Part shown: in pieces, positions 38,753 to 48,100 of the stretch | Layout: the number at the start of each line of letters is the position of its first letter | Position numbering within the stretch: position 1 is the stretch's first letter | Assembly: GCA_964429275.1 (NCBI GenBank) | Contig: CAYSBJ010000003.1 | Span: 129,337-193,336, forward strand | Direction: 5' to 3' | DNA from: an uncultured Pseudomonadota bacterium | Lineage (GTDB): Bacteria; Babelota; Babeliae; Babelales; JAUPTZ01 | Length of the DNA: 64,000 nucleotides | Program-made: the position numbers and the translations under genes | Notes under the pieces: model-generated | Database searches by the model: none | Told to the model about the DNA's origin: nothing | What the model saw: only the letters and a program-made list of their open reading frames with translations

Positions 38753-38893
38753 ATCGGTATCCCTGTTCTGAGAGTAGAGGAAAAACACTGAGGTGATAAC
38801 GACCTTGGGGTCATCATCGGCGCGTAGTCTATTCGAGAAACCCTTCCAAGGCAATGCTCTTGCCCCGAAAAAAGGGGCGACCTCGGAGGCATT

Positions 38894-39766
38894 TTAATCA
38901 AAACTGCTGGAAAGCTCCGCAATCTCCCGGGTAATAATATTTTGTCGTGACTTGTTGTAGGCCAGGTGGAGAGTCTCTAGATACTTGTGAGCGTTGTTGG
39001 TTGACTGATCCATGGCGATAAAACGAGCAGCATTTTCAGAAATTAAGTTGCTGAAGAGCGCAAAGATGATCTCGGTGTATAAGTACTGGCGGATCAGTGC
39101 GGAACCGAGGCGTTCGGGACTTTGTTCCCATAAATACTTTTCGCTGTCTTTGAGCGGCTCTATTTCCGGTTTTTCGTCTTCTTCCACTTCAGGCGGAAAT
39201 GGCAGCAGTTGCGCTTTGTGCGGAGTTTGAATGAAGAAGTTCTTGAGGTGAGTGTAGTAGATGGTTACGGAGGTATATGGTTCTTCTCTATTTAGGATAT
39301 GGTTGACGATGGAGTTGGTGAGCTTGTCGATAGAGTTGAGATTGTATTCCGGTATTTGGTCGACCACCGTGCCGTGTTGGCCTGACTGGAGGTAGGTGCA
39401 TGCCTTGCCGCCGATAGTGATGAAGGAGGGTTTGACGCTTTTAGTGGCGATTAGTGATCGCTCAAAAAAACGGATAATATTGTTGTTAAGACCGCCGCAT
39501 AAGCCCTTGGCGCTGGAGCATACTATAATAAGGTGCTGCGGCTTTGTGACCTCTGTGCCCGCTCGGTAGGCGGCCGGGATGATGGCTTGTTCTTGATGGA
39601 GAAGACTGGTGAGGGTCTTTGTTGCGGCGCGATAAGTGTTGAGCATGGCCCGCTGTTTTTCCAGCCGTGAGTAGAACGACATGGCAATCATACGCATGGC
39701 TTTGGTAATAGTTTGTGTTTTTTGAATCGTAAAGATTCGATTTTTTATCTGCGATAGCTGCGCCAT
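38894..39766 (-). CDS. atpG: F-type ATP synthase gamma-subunit-like protein with no adjacent atp genes
   Basis: The N-terminus MAQLSQIKNRIFTIQKTQTITKAMRMIAMS, the central KGLCGGLNNNI, and the C-terminus ENAARFIAMDQSTNNAHKYLETLHLAYNKSRQNIITREIAELSS are all typical gamma signatures. Confidence 0.8.
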   Translation of the reverse strand: MAQLSQIKNRIFTIQKTQTITKAMRMIAMSFYSRLEKQRAMLNTYRAATKTLTSLLHQEQAIIPAAYRAGTEVTKPQHLIIVCSSAKGLCGGLNNNIIRFFERSLIATKSVKPSFITIGGKACTYLQSGQHGTVVDQIPEYNLNSIDKLTNSIVNHILNREEPYTSVTIYYTHLKNFFIQTPHKAQLLPFPPEVEEDEKPEIEPLKDSEKYLWEQSPERLGSALIRQYLYTEIIFALFSNLISENAARFIAMDQSTNNAHKYLETLHLAYNKSRQNIITREIAELSSSFD

Positions 39767-39877
39767 GAGACCCAATCTTTCTTATTATTGCAAAGAGGTG
39801 CGAAATTGTTATGCTTCCAGGAAGAGTAGTGTACGCAACTTGTAGCATGAACTCAATCGCGATTGGTACTATTTCAT

Positions 39878-40513
39878 ATGATTTTATTAGTTGATGCCTA
39901 TAATGTTATTCGTTTTCTCTATCCAGGAGGCCGGCACGCCTATGAGGCGCAGGTCACCTGGTTTTTGTCAAAGCTGTCTGCCTACCGCAAGCTTAAGAAG
40001 AGTGATATTCAGGATATTATCGTTGTTTTTGATGGTGGAACGTTCTCACATAAAACCCGTGAAATAGTTGGCGGTCTGGTAGTTATGTATGCCGGCGTGC
40101 GCCGTAAAGCGGATGATGTGTTGGCGCAGTATGCCCAGGAACTGCGAGAGCGGGCGGTACTTATTAGCAATGACCGTGAGCTTGGGCGACGGGTGGCTGT
40201 CCATCGCTCAGCAATCATGGGTGTACATGAGTTTTGGCAGTTGGTGGTTGCTCTGACGGCAAAAGCGGAAGAACGTCCCTCAGGGGCCCATCGCTACGGT
40301 AACGTGGAGATTATAAAATATGAAGATGAGGCGGCTGATGAGGCGCTATGTGATGTAGATGCTCTTGATGGGTTGATGATTGAGGGAAGTATGACGGTTG
40401 CGGGTCAGGGGATTAAGGATGATAGTTCAAAAGGTCCTGGCAGCCGCACCAGTGGCTCTGCCGTGAGTAAAAGTGATAAAATGCGATCGATGCTTCGTAA
40501 GAAACTTGGGTAA
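39878..40513 (+). CDS. YacP/Rae1-like NYN-domain protein
   Basis: MILLVDAYNVI...IIVVFDGG...KADDVLAQYA...VLISNDRELGRRV matches the PF05991-type pattern. The ATG at 39878 lies within ORF 39863..40513. Confidence 0.6.
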   Translation: MILLVDAYNVIRFLYPGGRHAYEAQVTWFLSKLSAYRKLKKSDIQDIIVVFDGGTFSHKTREIVGGLVVMYAGVRRKADDVLAQYAQELRERAVLISNDRELGRRVAVHRSAIMGVHEFWQLVVALTAKAEERPSGAHRYGNVEIIKYEDEAADEALCDVDALDGLMIEGSMTVAGQGIKDDSSKGPGSRTSGSAVSKSDKMRSMLRKKLG

Positions 40514-40523
40514 AGGAGAGCAA

Positions 40524-41006
40524 ATGCATATGCGAGTTGAGTATCAGCTGACACAGATGGATCTGGTGGTTAGTGAGTTTGCAGCGGCGGTAGAGCCGGG
40601 AATGATCATAACGTTGGCGGGGCCGCTGGGAGCGGGCAAAACAACCTTCGCTCAACGTGTATGCGCTCTTTTGGGGGTGACTGGTCCAGTGGTGTCACCA
40701 ACGTATGCCTATTTAAATGTGTATGAAGTGGGGGATTTGAAGATTTACCATTTTGATCTGTATCGCATTAGTGGCATCGAAGAATTTGAGTCACTTGGCT
40801 TTGCCGGTTACCTGAACGATCCCAAGGGAGTTGTGCTGCTAGAGTGGGCGGAGCGGATTATTTCTTTACTTGCGCGCCCGGTTTATCGAAATCGTGTGGT
40901 GCCTGTTGAGTTGAAATATGTGGAGAAAAACCCCGATTTTCGCGAGGTTAGTTGGGGGTACTGTCCGGTGCTTGCGGTTCCTGGAAAAGAGCGATTTAAG
41001 AAGTAA
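40524..41006 (+). CDS. tsaE: tRNA t6A biosynthesis ATPase TsaE
   Basis: GPLGAGKTTFAQ and VVSPTYAY...HFDLYR motifs. The ATG at 40524 is preceded by AAAGGAGAG. Confidence 0.85.
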   Translation: MHMRVEYQLTQMDLVVSEFAAAVEPGMIITLAGPLGAGKTTFAQRVCALLGVTGPVVSPTYAYLNVYEVGDLKIYHFDLYRISGIEEFESLGFAGYLNDPKGVVLLEWAERIISLLARPVYRNRVVPVELKYVEKNPDFREVSWGYCPVLAVPGKERFKK

Positions 41007-41019
41007 GGCAAAAAAAGTT

Positions 41020-41047
41020 GTTGCATTCCGTGATAAAATCGGTATTA
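41020..41047 (+). promoter_or_regulatory. Putative sigma70-type promoter for the tRNA cluster
   Basis: TTGCAT (41020..41025), a 16-nt spacer, then TATTAT (41042..41047), about 55 nt upstream of tRNA-Tyr. Confidence 0.35.
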
Positions 41048-41104
41048 TATCCGCCTCTTGTTTCTTTGAAGTTTTGATTAATGCGTGTAAATAGAGAGTC
41101 TTGA

Positions 41105-41189
41105 GGGGAGATTCCCGAGCGGCCAAAGGGGACGGACTGTAAATCCGTTGGCTACGCCTTCACAGGTTCGAATCCTGTTCTCCCCACCA
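41105..41189 (+). tRNA. tRNA-Tyr (anticodon GTA), long variable arm
   Basis: Acceptor GGGGAGA/TCTCCCC, anticodon loop CTGTAAA, T-loop TTCGAAT, encoded CCA. Confidence 0.9.
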
Positions 41190-41361
41190 TTCGCCTTCGC
41201 TGCACTGTTGCTCGTCAAGCGAGCAACGACAGGCAGGCTGCGGCGTAACTGTGGCCCCAAAGGCACAGTAAAAATTGTGTCACCGTAGCATCTAACTGTC
41301 GTCAGTGCATCGCGAGCCGAAAGGTGAGCTGCGACGGCAAAGTGGTCGCTAAAAAAAATTC

Positions 41362-41438
41362 GCGGGAATAGCTCAATTGGCTAGAGCGACAGCCTTCCAA
41401 GCTGTAGGTTGCGGGTTCGAGTCCCGTTTCCCGCTCCA
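41362..41438 (+). tRNA. tRNA-Gly (anticodon TCC)
   Basis: Acceptor GCGGGAA/TTCCCGC, anticodon loop CTTCCAA, T-loop TTCGAGT, encoded CCA. Confidence 0.9.
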
Positions 41439-41518
41439 TTTGCCTCCGCACACGGATAAAACCGTGTGTCTACGGCGTAAGTTGGTCTCAAAGTACACGC
41501 AGATACTAAAAAATAGGC

Positions 41519-41594
41519 GCCGGCATAGCTCAGTTGGTAGAGCAACTGATTTGTAATCAGTAGGTCGCGGGTTCAAGTCCTGCTGCCGGCTCCA
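41519..41594 (+). tRNA. tRNA-Thr (anticodon TGT)
   Basis: Acceptor GCCGGCA/TGCCGGC, anticodon loop TTTGTAA, T-loop TTCAAGT, encoded CCA. Confidence 0.9.
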
Positions 41595-41967
41595 TCTTTC
41601 GCCTTTATGGCGCCGCAAGGCACGCCATAAAGAGACTTCAGCTGGTAGGCCATCCTTTTCGGGTGGGTTGTCGCTGAAAGCTGCGAAGTTGGGTCCTGGG
41701 GTTCCAGGAACTAAGAAGCCGTATGTGCTTTCTCTCAGCCGATCAAAGGCTAAGGGTGCATGCGAGCTCAGTTGCTTATGGTTCTCGCAAGAGAATCTGG
41801 GTAACGTCATTAAGGAAGACAGTAAAAGAAGCCGGAGGCGAGTAGCCGATAAAAAGTACGGTTCGTGTTTGCCTTTTTTGATAAATCATTTTATGATTGC
41901 TCATCACAGGTCTTATTCGAATCAGTTTTTCTCGGTTGCCGAGGCGGTTTTATGATTAAAGTATTAC

Positions 41968-42043
41968 GCCCACGTAGCTCAGTTGGCAGAGCACTTCCTT
42001 GGTAAGGGAGAGGTCACCGGTTCGAGTCCGGTCGCGGGCTCCA
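41968..42043 (+). tRNA. tRNA-Thr (anticodon GGT)
   Basis: Acceptor GCCCACG/CGCGGGC (one A:C mismatch), anticodon loop TTGGTAA, T-loop TTCGAGT, encoded CCA. Confidence 0.85.
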
Positions 42044-42079
42044 GATTTTGGTGGGGGTCAAATTCGTGGATAAGGCTGT

Positions 42080-42155
42080 AGGTCAGTAGCTCCAATGGTA
42101 GAGCAGCGGACTCCAAATCCGCGTGTTGGGGGTTCGAGTCCCTCCTGGCCTGCCA
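42080..42155 (+). tRNA. tRNA-Trp (anticodon CCA)
   Basis: Acceptor AGGTCAG/CTGGCCT, anticodon loop CTCCAAA, T-loop TTCGAGT, encoded CCA. It sits immediately upstream of secE, as in many bacteria. Confidence 0.9.
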
Positions 42156-42203
42156 TATTAAGTGTAGAGCAACCAACAATTAAACAAACAAGAGGTAATC
42201 GCC

Positions 42204-42401
42204 ATGGTCGGTACGTTTTCTAAGGCTCTTCTATTTTTGAAAGAGGTTGTCGGAGAAGTTAAAAAAATTGTGTGGCCGACCCGCTCTGAGTTAGTCGGTT
42301 CTTCTATAGTTGTTTGTTTGTTTGCGCTTTTCTGCGCAGTTATCCTTGGTCTGATGGATTCTGGATTTGCAACAGCGGTTAAATACGTTATTAATGGATA
42401 G
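42204..42401 (+). CDS. secE: Preprotein translocase subunit SecE
   Basis: 65 aa, containing EVKKIVWPTRSEL plus a single TM. It occupies the conserved position before nusG. Confidence 0.9.
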   Translation: MVGTFSKALLFLKEVVGEVKKIVWPTRSELVGSSIVVCLFALFCAVILGLMDSGFATAVKYVING

Positions 42402-42425
42402 TTGTTCAGGCTGAGGGTTGTTGAG

Positions 42426-42944
42426 ATGAAGCGGTGGTATGTGGTGCAGGTTTACACGGGATATGAAGACCGAGTAAAAGCTGATCTAGAAAAGCGAATA
42501 CAAGAAGAAAAAGCAGAAGAGTTGTTTGGCAAAGTCTTAGTGCCAAAGGGCGAAATGATAAGTATGTTCTCTGAGCAGGGAGCAGCAAAAGAAAAAATTT
42601 TTCCTGGCTATCTCCTGGTTCAAATGGAGATGGTGGGGGAGGCTCATCGAATAGTGGCAAACGTTCCTCGGTTTACCCGTTTTCTGGGTGGAGAGAGTCC
42701 GATGGCGTTGACCGATCGAGAAGTCGAACGAATTTTCTCGCAGATTGAAGGTGGATTGTCGGTTTCTGCCGATGCTACGCAATATGTTGTTGGTGGGGAA
42801 GTGCACATCACTGCTGGTCCATTTTCTGGATTTGCTGGGGTGGTTGAGCGGATTGATGATGAGCATGAGCGTGTTACAGTTATGGTGAGCATTTTTGGTC
42901 GGATGACACCAGTCGAATTAGGGTTTGATCAAGTTAAAGTGTAG
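42426..42944 (+). CDS. nusG: Transcription termination/antitermination factor NusG
   Basis: MKRWYVVQVYTGYE in the NGN domain and the KOW motif GGEVHITAGPFSGFAGVVERID. The ATG at 42426 lies within ORF 42402..42944. Confidence 0.95.
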   Translation: MKRWYVVQVYTGYEDRVKADLEKRIQEEKAEELFGKVLVPKGEMISMFSEQGAAKEKIFPGYLLVQMEMVGEAHRIVANVPRFTRFLGGESPMALTDREVERIFSQIEGGLSVSADATQYVVGGEVHITAGPFSGFAGVVERIDDEHERVTVMVSIFGRMTPVELGFDQVKV

Positions 42945-42953
42945 GGAGCAACA

Positions 42954-43376
42954 ATGGCCAAAGAGGTGAAAGCCAGACTAAAAATGCAGATTGCCGGCGG
43001 TAGTGCAACGCCAGCGCCACCAGTTGGTTCGGCGCTTGGACCGCAAGGTGTCAGTGCGATGGAGTTCTGTAAGCAGTTTAATGCGGCAACCGCTGATAGA
43101 CGTGGTCAAACATGTCCGGTTCACGTGACTGTGTATACAGATCGAACATTCGATTTCGTAATAAAAACTCCGCCAGCAAGCGAATTAATTCGTAAAAAAG
43201 CTGGAATCGAGAAAGGTGCGAGCAAAGTAGGCACTCAAGTTGTTGGTAAAATTTCGTGGGCAGCCATTGAAGAAATTGCCAAAATCAAGATGCCTGATTT
43301 GAACGCGCATACCTTAGAAGCTGCGTGCGCAATCATCGCAGGAAGTGCGCGTAGTATGGGTCTTATAGTTGAATAG
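42954..43376 (+). CDS. rplK: 50S ribosomal protein L11
   Basis: [24 protein letters not shown] is typical of L11. Confidence 0.95.
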   Translation: MAKEVKARLKMQIAGGSATPAPPVGSALGPQGVSAMEFCKQFNAATADRRGQTCPVHVTVYTDRTFDFVIKTPPASELIRKKAGIEKGASKVGTQVVGKISWAAIEEIAKIKMPDLNAHTLEAACAIIAGSARSMGLIVE

Positions 43377-43383
43377 GTGAGCA

Positions 43384-44076
43384 ATGGCGAATATTGGTAA
43401 GAAGCATAGACAAGCCCAAGAAAAGGTTGCCTTTACTGATCCAGTTGATTTTAAAGTTGCGCTAAAAGCTGTTGTTGATACAGCTCATGCAAAATTTGAC
43501 GAATCTGTTGATGTCGACATTGTGCTCGGTATTGATGCGGCAAAAGGTGAACAAAACGTTCGTGGAGCAGTAGTGCTTCCTAACGGTCTTGGTAAAAAAG
43601 TACGCGTGATTGCGTTTGTAAAAGGTGAGCATGAAGAAGAAGCCGTGCGCGCTGGTGCAGATGTAACAGGCGGCGACGATTTGGCAGACAAAATTCTCGG
43701 CGGATGGCTTGAATTTGATGCAGCAATTGCTACTCCAGATATGATGGGCGTAGTAGGTAAAGTTGCGCGTATTCTTGGACCTCGTGGTTTATTGCCGAAT
43801 AAAAAGGTTGGTACGGTTACTTTTGATGTAAAAGAAGTGATCGCCGAGCTTAAAAAAGGTCGTGTGAGTTATAAAAATGATAAAACCGGCGTGTTGCATG
43901 CTCCAGTAGGACGTGTATCGTTTGGTGTTGAGAAACTAGCCGAAAACTTGACTGCGTTGATGCGCGCAGTAGTCGCAAGCAAACCAGCAACCTCCCGCGG
44001 AACTTACATTAAAAAAGTGGTAGTTTCGTCGACGATGGGTGTTGGGGTATTAGTAGCAGTTGATGGGATTGTATAA
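43384..44076 (+). CDS. rplA: 50S ribosomal protein L1
   Basis: 230 aa, with the L1 pattern VRGAVVLPNGLGK...GPRGLLPNKKVGTVT. Confidence 0.95.
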   Translation: MANIGKKHRQAQEKVAFTDPVDFKVALKAVVDTAHAKFDESVDVDIVLGIDAAKGEQNVRGAVVLPNGLGKKVRVIAFVKGEHEEEAVRAGADVTGGDDLADKILGGWLEFDAAIATPDMMGVVGKVARILGPRGLLPNKKVGTVTFDVKEVIAELKKGRVSYKNDKTGVLHAPVGRVSFGVEKLAENLTALMRAVVASKPATSRGTYIKKVVVSSTMGVGVLVAVDGIV

Positions 44077-44087
44077 GGAGTTGAGCT

Positions 44088-44618
44088 ATGAACAGAAGTC
44101 AGAAAGAGCTTCTTGTTGCTGAATTAGCCCAGCAGTTACAAGGCGCGTCAGCGGCATTTTTAGTTAATTACCAAGGTTCATCGGTAAAAACGTTGCATGC
44201 ATTGCGTAAGCAATTGCGTACGCGTGATTCATCGTTGCGCGTAGCAAAAGCTCGTATTTTGAAGCTTGCTGTGTCAGCGGTGCCGGGTGGTAACGATTTT
44301 GCTCCGATGCTTAAAGAGCAAGTTGGCCTGGTTATTGCTGCTGGCAAAGATGTGAGCGGTGTGGCCAAGAACTTGGTTGATTTTGCTAAAGGTAACGAGA
44401 CCATAAAAGTCGTTTCCGGCTTTTATGAGGCACAAGTTTTGTCCACGGAGCAAGTTGTATACTTTGCTTCGCTTCCTTCTCGAGAAGTGTTGCTTGGACA
44501 ATTTTTGGGTACGTTACAGGCACCTATTGCGCATTTCGTTCGATTGCTCAATATGTTGATTGTACGATTACTGTATGTGTTGCAACGCATTGCTGAACAA
44601 AAGCAGCAAGCGGCGTAG
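44088..44618 (+). CDS. rplJ: 50S ribosomal protein L10
   Basis: 176 aa in the conserved position between rplA and rplL, with an L10-like N-terminus (KELLVAELAQQLQGASAAFLVNYQG). Confidence 0.9.
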   Translation: MNRSQKELLVAELAQQLQGASAAFLVNYQGSSVKTLHALRKQLRTRDSSLRVAKARILKLAVSAVPGGNDFAPMLKEQVGLVIAAGKDVSGVAKNLVDFAKGNETIKVVSGFYEAQVLSTEQVVYFASLPSREVLLGQFLGTLQAPIAHFVRLLNMLIVRLLYVLQRIAEQKQQAA

Positions 44619-44647
44619 TAGAAGTTTGAAATCTAGGGAGGCATGAT

Positions 44648-45022
44648 ATGTCAAAAGAATTAATAAAAGAAATCGGTAAGTTAAGCGTTATTGAACTTGC
44701 TCAGTTGATCAAAGATCTTGAAAACGAATTTGGTGTTTCTGCCGCTGCTCCAGTAGCAGTTGCAGCACCGAGCGCAGGCGCAGCAGCCGCTGCTCCAGTA
44801 GCAGCAGAAAAGAACGAATACAAAGTAGTTCTTAAAGATTCTGGCGCAGACAAGATTAAGGTTATTAAGGCATTGCGCAGCGTAACTACCTTGGCTCTTA
44901 AAGAAGCTAAAGACATGGTAGAAGGCGCGCCAGCAACCGTTGCTGAATCTGCTCCAAAAGAAGAAGCAGCAAAAATGAAGCAAGCGCTTGAAGAAGCGGG
45001 CGCAAAAGTTGAGCTTGTATAA
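44648..45022 (+). CDS. rplL: 50S ribosomal protein L7/L12
   Basis: An Ala-rich hinge and the C-terminal domain [27 protein letters not shown]. Confidence 0.95.
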   Translation: MSKELIKEIGKLSVIELAQLIKDLENEFGVSAAAPVAVAAPSAGAAAAAPVAAEKNEYKVVLKDSGADKIKVIKALRSVTTLALKEAKDMVEGAPATVAESAPKEEAAKMKQALEEAGAKVELV

Positions 45023-45052
45023 TCTTACAAGTTTACTTAATTCAAATTAAAA

Positions 45053-45090
45053 AGCAGGTAGTGCCGCTATAATGGTGCTACCTGCTCTTT
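45053..45090 (+). terminator. Hairpin or attenuator between rplL and rpoB
   Basis: AGCAGGTAGTGCC GCTATAAT GGTGCTACCTGCT followed by CTTTT. A partial terminator at this position is known in the E. coli rplJL-rpoBC operon. Confidence 0.55.
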
Positions 45091-45177
45091 TCCATCCTCG
45101 CGGTGAATAGTGGTTTTCTATGTTGTAGGGTCGTGTGGGCAACATAGCGTTGGTGTACGGATTTTAGGAGCGCGTGT

Positions 45178-48100
45178 ATGTCTGGCAGTCAGAAAACGAC
45201 GGCGTTATTGAGAAAAAGTTTTGGGAAAATTCGGCAGGTTGTAAGCTTGCCTGACCTTATCGAAGTGCAATCAAAGTCATACAATGACTTCATTCAGTTT
45301 GATTTTTTGCCGAATGAAAGATCGTATATTGGTCTCGAGAAGGTTTTGAGAGATATTTTTCCGATTGATTACAACGGTCGCATAGCACTTGAGTATGTAA
45401 GCTATGAGATTGGTGAATGGGCATGCGTGTGCGGTGCGTTAACCGGTATAGAAAATCGTTATCGCTGGGTCGATCTAAAGACCAAAAAAGAAGGCAAAGG
45501 TCGCTTGTCAAAAGATGCAGGTGATCGTCGCTATAAATTGTGTAAAAAATGTTCATCTCGCGTAAGCATTAAGCTTCCGTATACCGTTGAAGAATGTCGT
45601 TACAGCGGTAAAACGTATGCGCTTCCACTTAAGGTGCGCATGCAACTTACTTCATGGGACGTGAATGATGAGACAAACGAACGTATAGTTCGTGATATCA
45701 AAGAGCAAGAAGTATTCTTTTGTGATTTGCCAGTTATGATCGATTTGCATGAAGATGCAGACGGACAGATTATGCTTGGTAACCAAGGAACTTTCTTGAT
45801 CAACGGTGTTGATCGGGTGGTGGTGAGTCAAATTCATCGTGCACCAGGGGTGGTGTTTTCTCTCAGTAAAAAAATTAAAGATTTCCGTGGTTATGCATAC
45901 CACGTTGCGCGATTGATCCCGTCGCGTGGTTCATGGCTTGATTTTGAATTTGATAGCAATGATTTGCTATATGTTCGTATTGATAAGAAAAAGAAAGTTC
46001 TCGCTACGACATTCTTGCAAGCGATTGGTTTTGCACGCGAGGAAATTCTTCCACTTTTCTATGAATACGATAGTGTAAAAATTACTAAAAAAGGTTTTGA
46101 GAGGCCGCTTTCAAAAGCCTTGATCGGTCAACGTCTTGAATCAGGAGCAATACCGGATAGTTTGGCAGACAAGTATTCTGTTGGACAACGTGTAACACAA
46201 GATATGCTTGATGCCTTGAAGGAAGCGGGTGTTAAGAGTTTAGCTGTTCGCGCAAATAGTGTGTTGAACCGTGTTGTCGCTAAGGACGTTGTTAATAGTG
46301 TTACTGGTGAAGTGCTTGTTGAACAAGGTAAGGCCCTTGATGCAGAAGCTGTAGAATTGATAATTGATTCTGGCGGAGTCTCTGAGCTTGAGCTTGTTCG
46401 GTCTGGTGGGTATGTAGTACCACCGTTTATGGCACTTACTCTCGGTGTTGATAAGGTAAATAATTACGCAGATGCACTCCGTGAAGTATATTATCGCTTG
46501 CGTCCTGGCGATATTCCAACCGTCCAGATTATGGAAGAGTATATTAAAAATATCTTCTTCAATCCGCGTTTTTACGACATGACCCTTGTTGGTCGTATTC
46601 GTACCAATCGTAAGTTGGGCCTAAAAATTGATGAAACAGTTACCTATCTTACAAAAGAAGATATCATAGCGACGATCAAATATTTGGTTCGTTTGCGCGA
46701 ATGTGGTGAAGGTGAATTGGATGATATTGACCACTTAGGTAATCGCTGCGTGCGTTTGGTCGGTGAGTTGATGGAAAATCAGTTGTATACTGGCTTTGCT
46801 CGTATTGAAAAAATTGTACGTGAACGTTTCCGGTTACAAGAAAATGCAGCTTCATTGATGCCGTATGATTTCTTGAACGTGAAGCCATTGGCCGCAGTAA
46901 TGCGTGAATTCTTTGGTACCGGTCAACTTTCACAATTTATGGATCAAACTAACCCGCTTGCAGAAATGGCGCATAAGCGACGTATCTCTGCTCTTGGACC
47001 TGGTGGTGTTACCCGTGAACGCGCGACGTTTGAAGTTCGTGACGTTCATGCTTCTCACTATGGCCGTATTTGTCCTATTGAGACACCTGAAGGTCAGAAC
47101 GTTGGTCTGATTTCTTCTCTTTCGACTTATGCGCGTGTAAATGAGCTTGGGTTCATTGAAACGACCTATCGTCCGGTTGTTGGTCTTGCAGTAAGCGATG
47201 AGGTTGTTTTCTTGGATGCGTTCCAGGAAAATGGCAAGAATATTGCACAAGCGGTAACCCCGGTTGATAAAAACGGCAAGCTTTCACAGGATAAAGTGCA
47301 AGTGCGTTGTGATGGTGATATTATTGCGATTGACGCTAAAGATGTTGACTATGTCGATGCTTCGCCGCGTCAGATGGTGTCGGTTGCTACTGCGTTGATT
47401 CCGTTCCTAGAGCACGATGACGCAAACCGTGCATTGATGGGTTCTAACATGCAACGGCAAGCTGTGCCATTGATTCGCTGTGAACCGCCATTGGTTGGTA
47501 CTGGTATGGAAAAAGATATTGGTGTATCGCAAGGGGTAGTATTAACTGCTCGTAATGCTGGTACCGTTGAGTATGTAACCGCTGATAAAATTGTGGTTCG
47601 GCTTGATGAAACAGGAAATGACGAACGCTGGTTCGCGCGTCCGGTTGATATTTATGAACTTAAAAAATATGGTCGTTCTAGCCATAACACGTGGGTTCAC
47701 CAGACTCCTATTGTGAGTGTTGGGCAGCGTGTGGCATTTGGTGATGTTCTTACCAATGGTGCCGCAACGCATTATGGAGAACTCTCACTTGGTTCGAACG
47801 TGATGATGGCCTTTATGCCATGGCACGGTTACAACTTTGAAGATGCTATTGTGGCAAGCAAGCGGTTGGTGGTTGATGATGTATTTTCATCGGTTCACAT
47901 TGAAGAGTTTGTAGTAGAAGCACGTGATACTAAGCTTGGTGCAGAAGAAATTACGAAGGATATTCCAAACGTAAGCGAAAAAGAGCTTGAAGCATTAGAT
48001 GATGACGGTATTGTTTATGTTGGCAGTCGCGTAAAGCCTGGCGACATTCTGGTTGGTAAAGTAACCCTGAAGGGTGACGTACAGGTATCTCCAGAAGAGA

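Noticed and set aside
41373-41955. ORFs 41373..41810 (-) and 41668..41955 (+) in the tRNA cluster
   Set aside because: The minus-strand ORF runs straight through tRNA-Gly and tRNA-Thr, and neither ORF has protein-like features. They are chance open frames in GC-rich spacer.
41595-41967. Possible RNase P RNA, SRP RNA, tmRNA or 6S RNA in the 373-nt tRNA spacer (also considered for 4440..4720)
   Set aside because: I could not find the diagnostic motifs. There is no GAGGAAAGUCC or ACAGAA..GGCUUA in RNase P order. There is no GGAAGCAGCC SRP helix-8 motif, no tRNA-like 3' end and no tag ORF. The region is kept only as an unassigned structured spacer.
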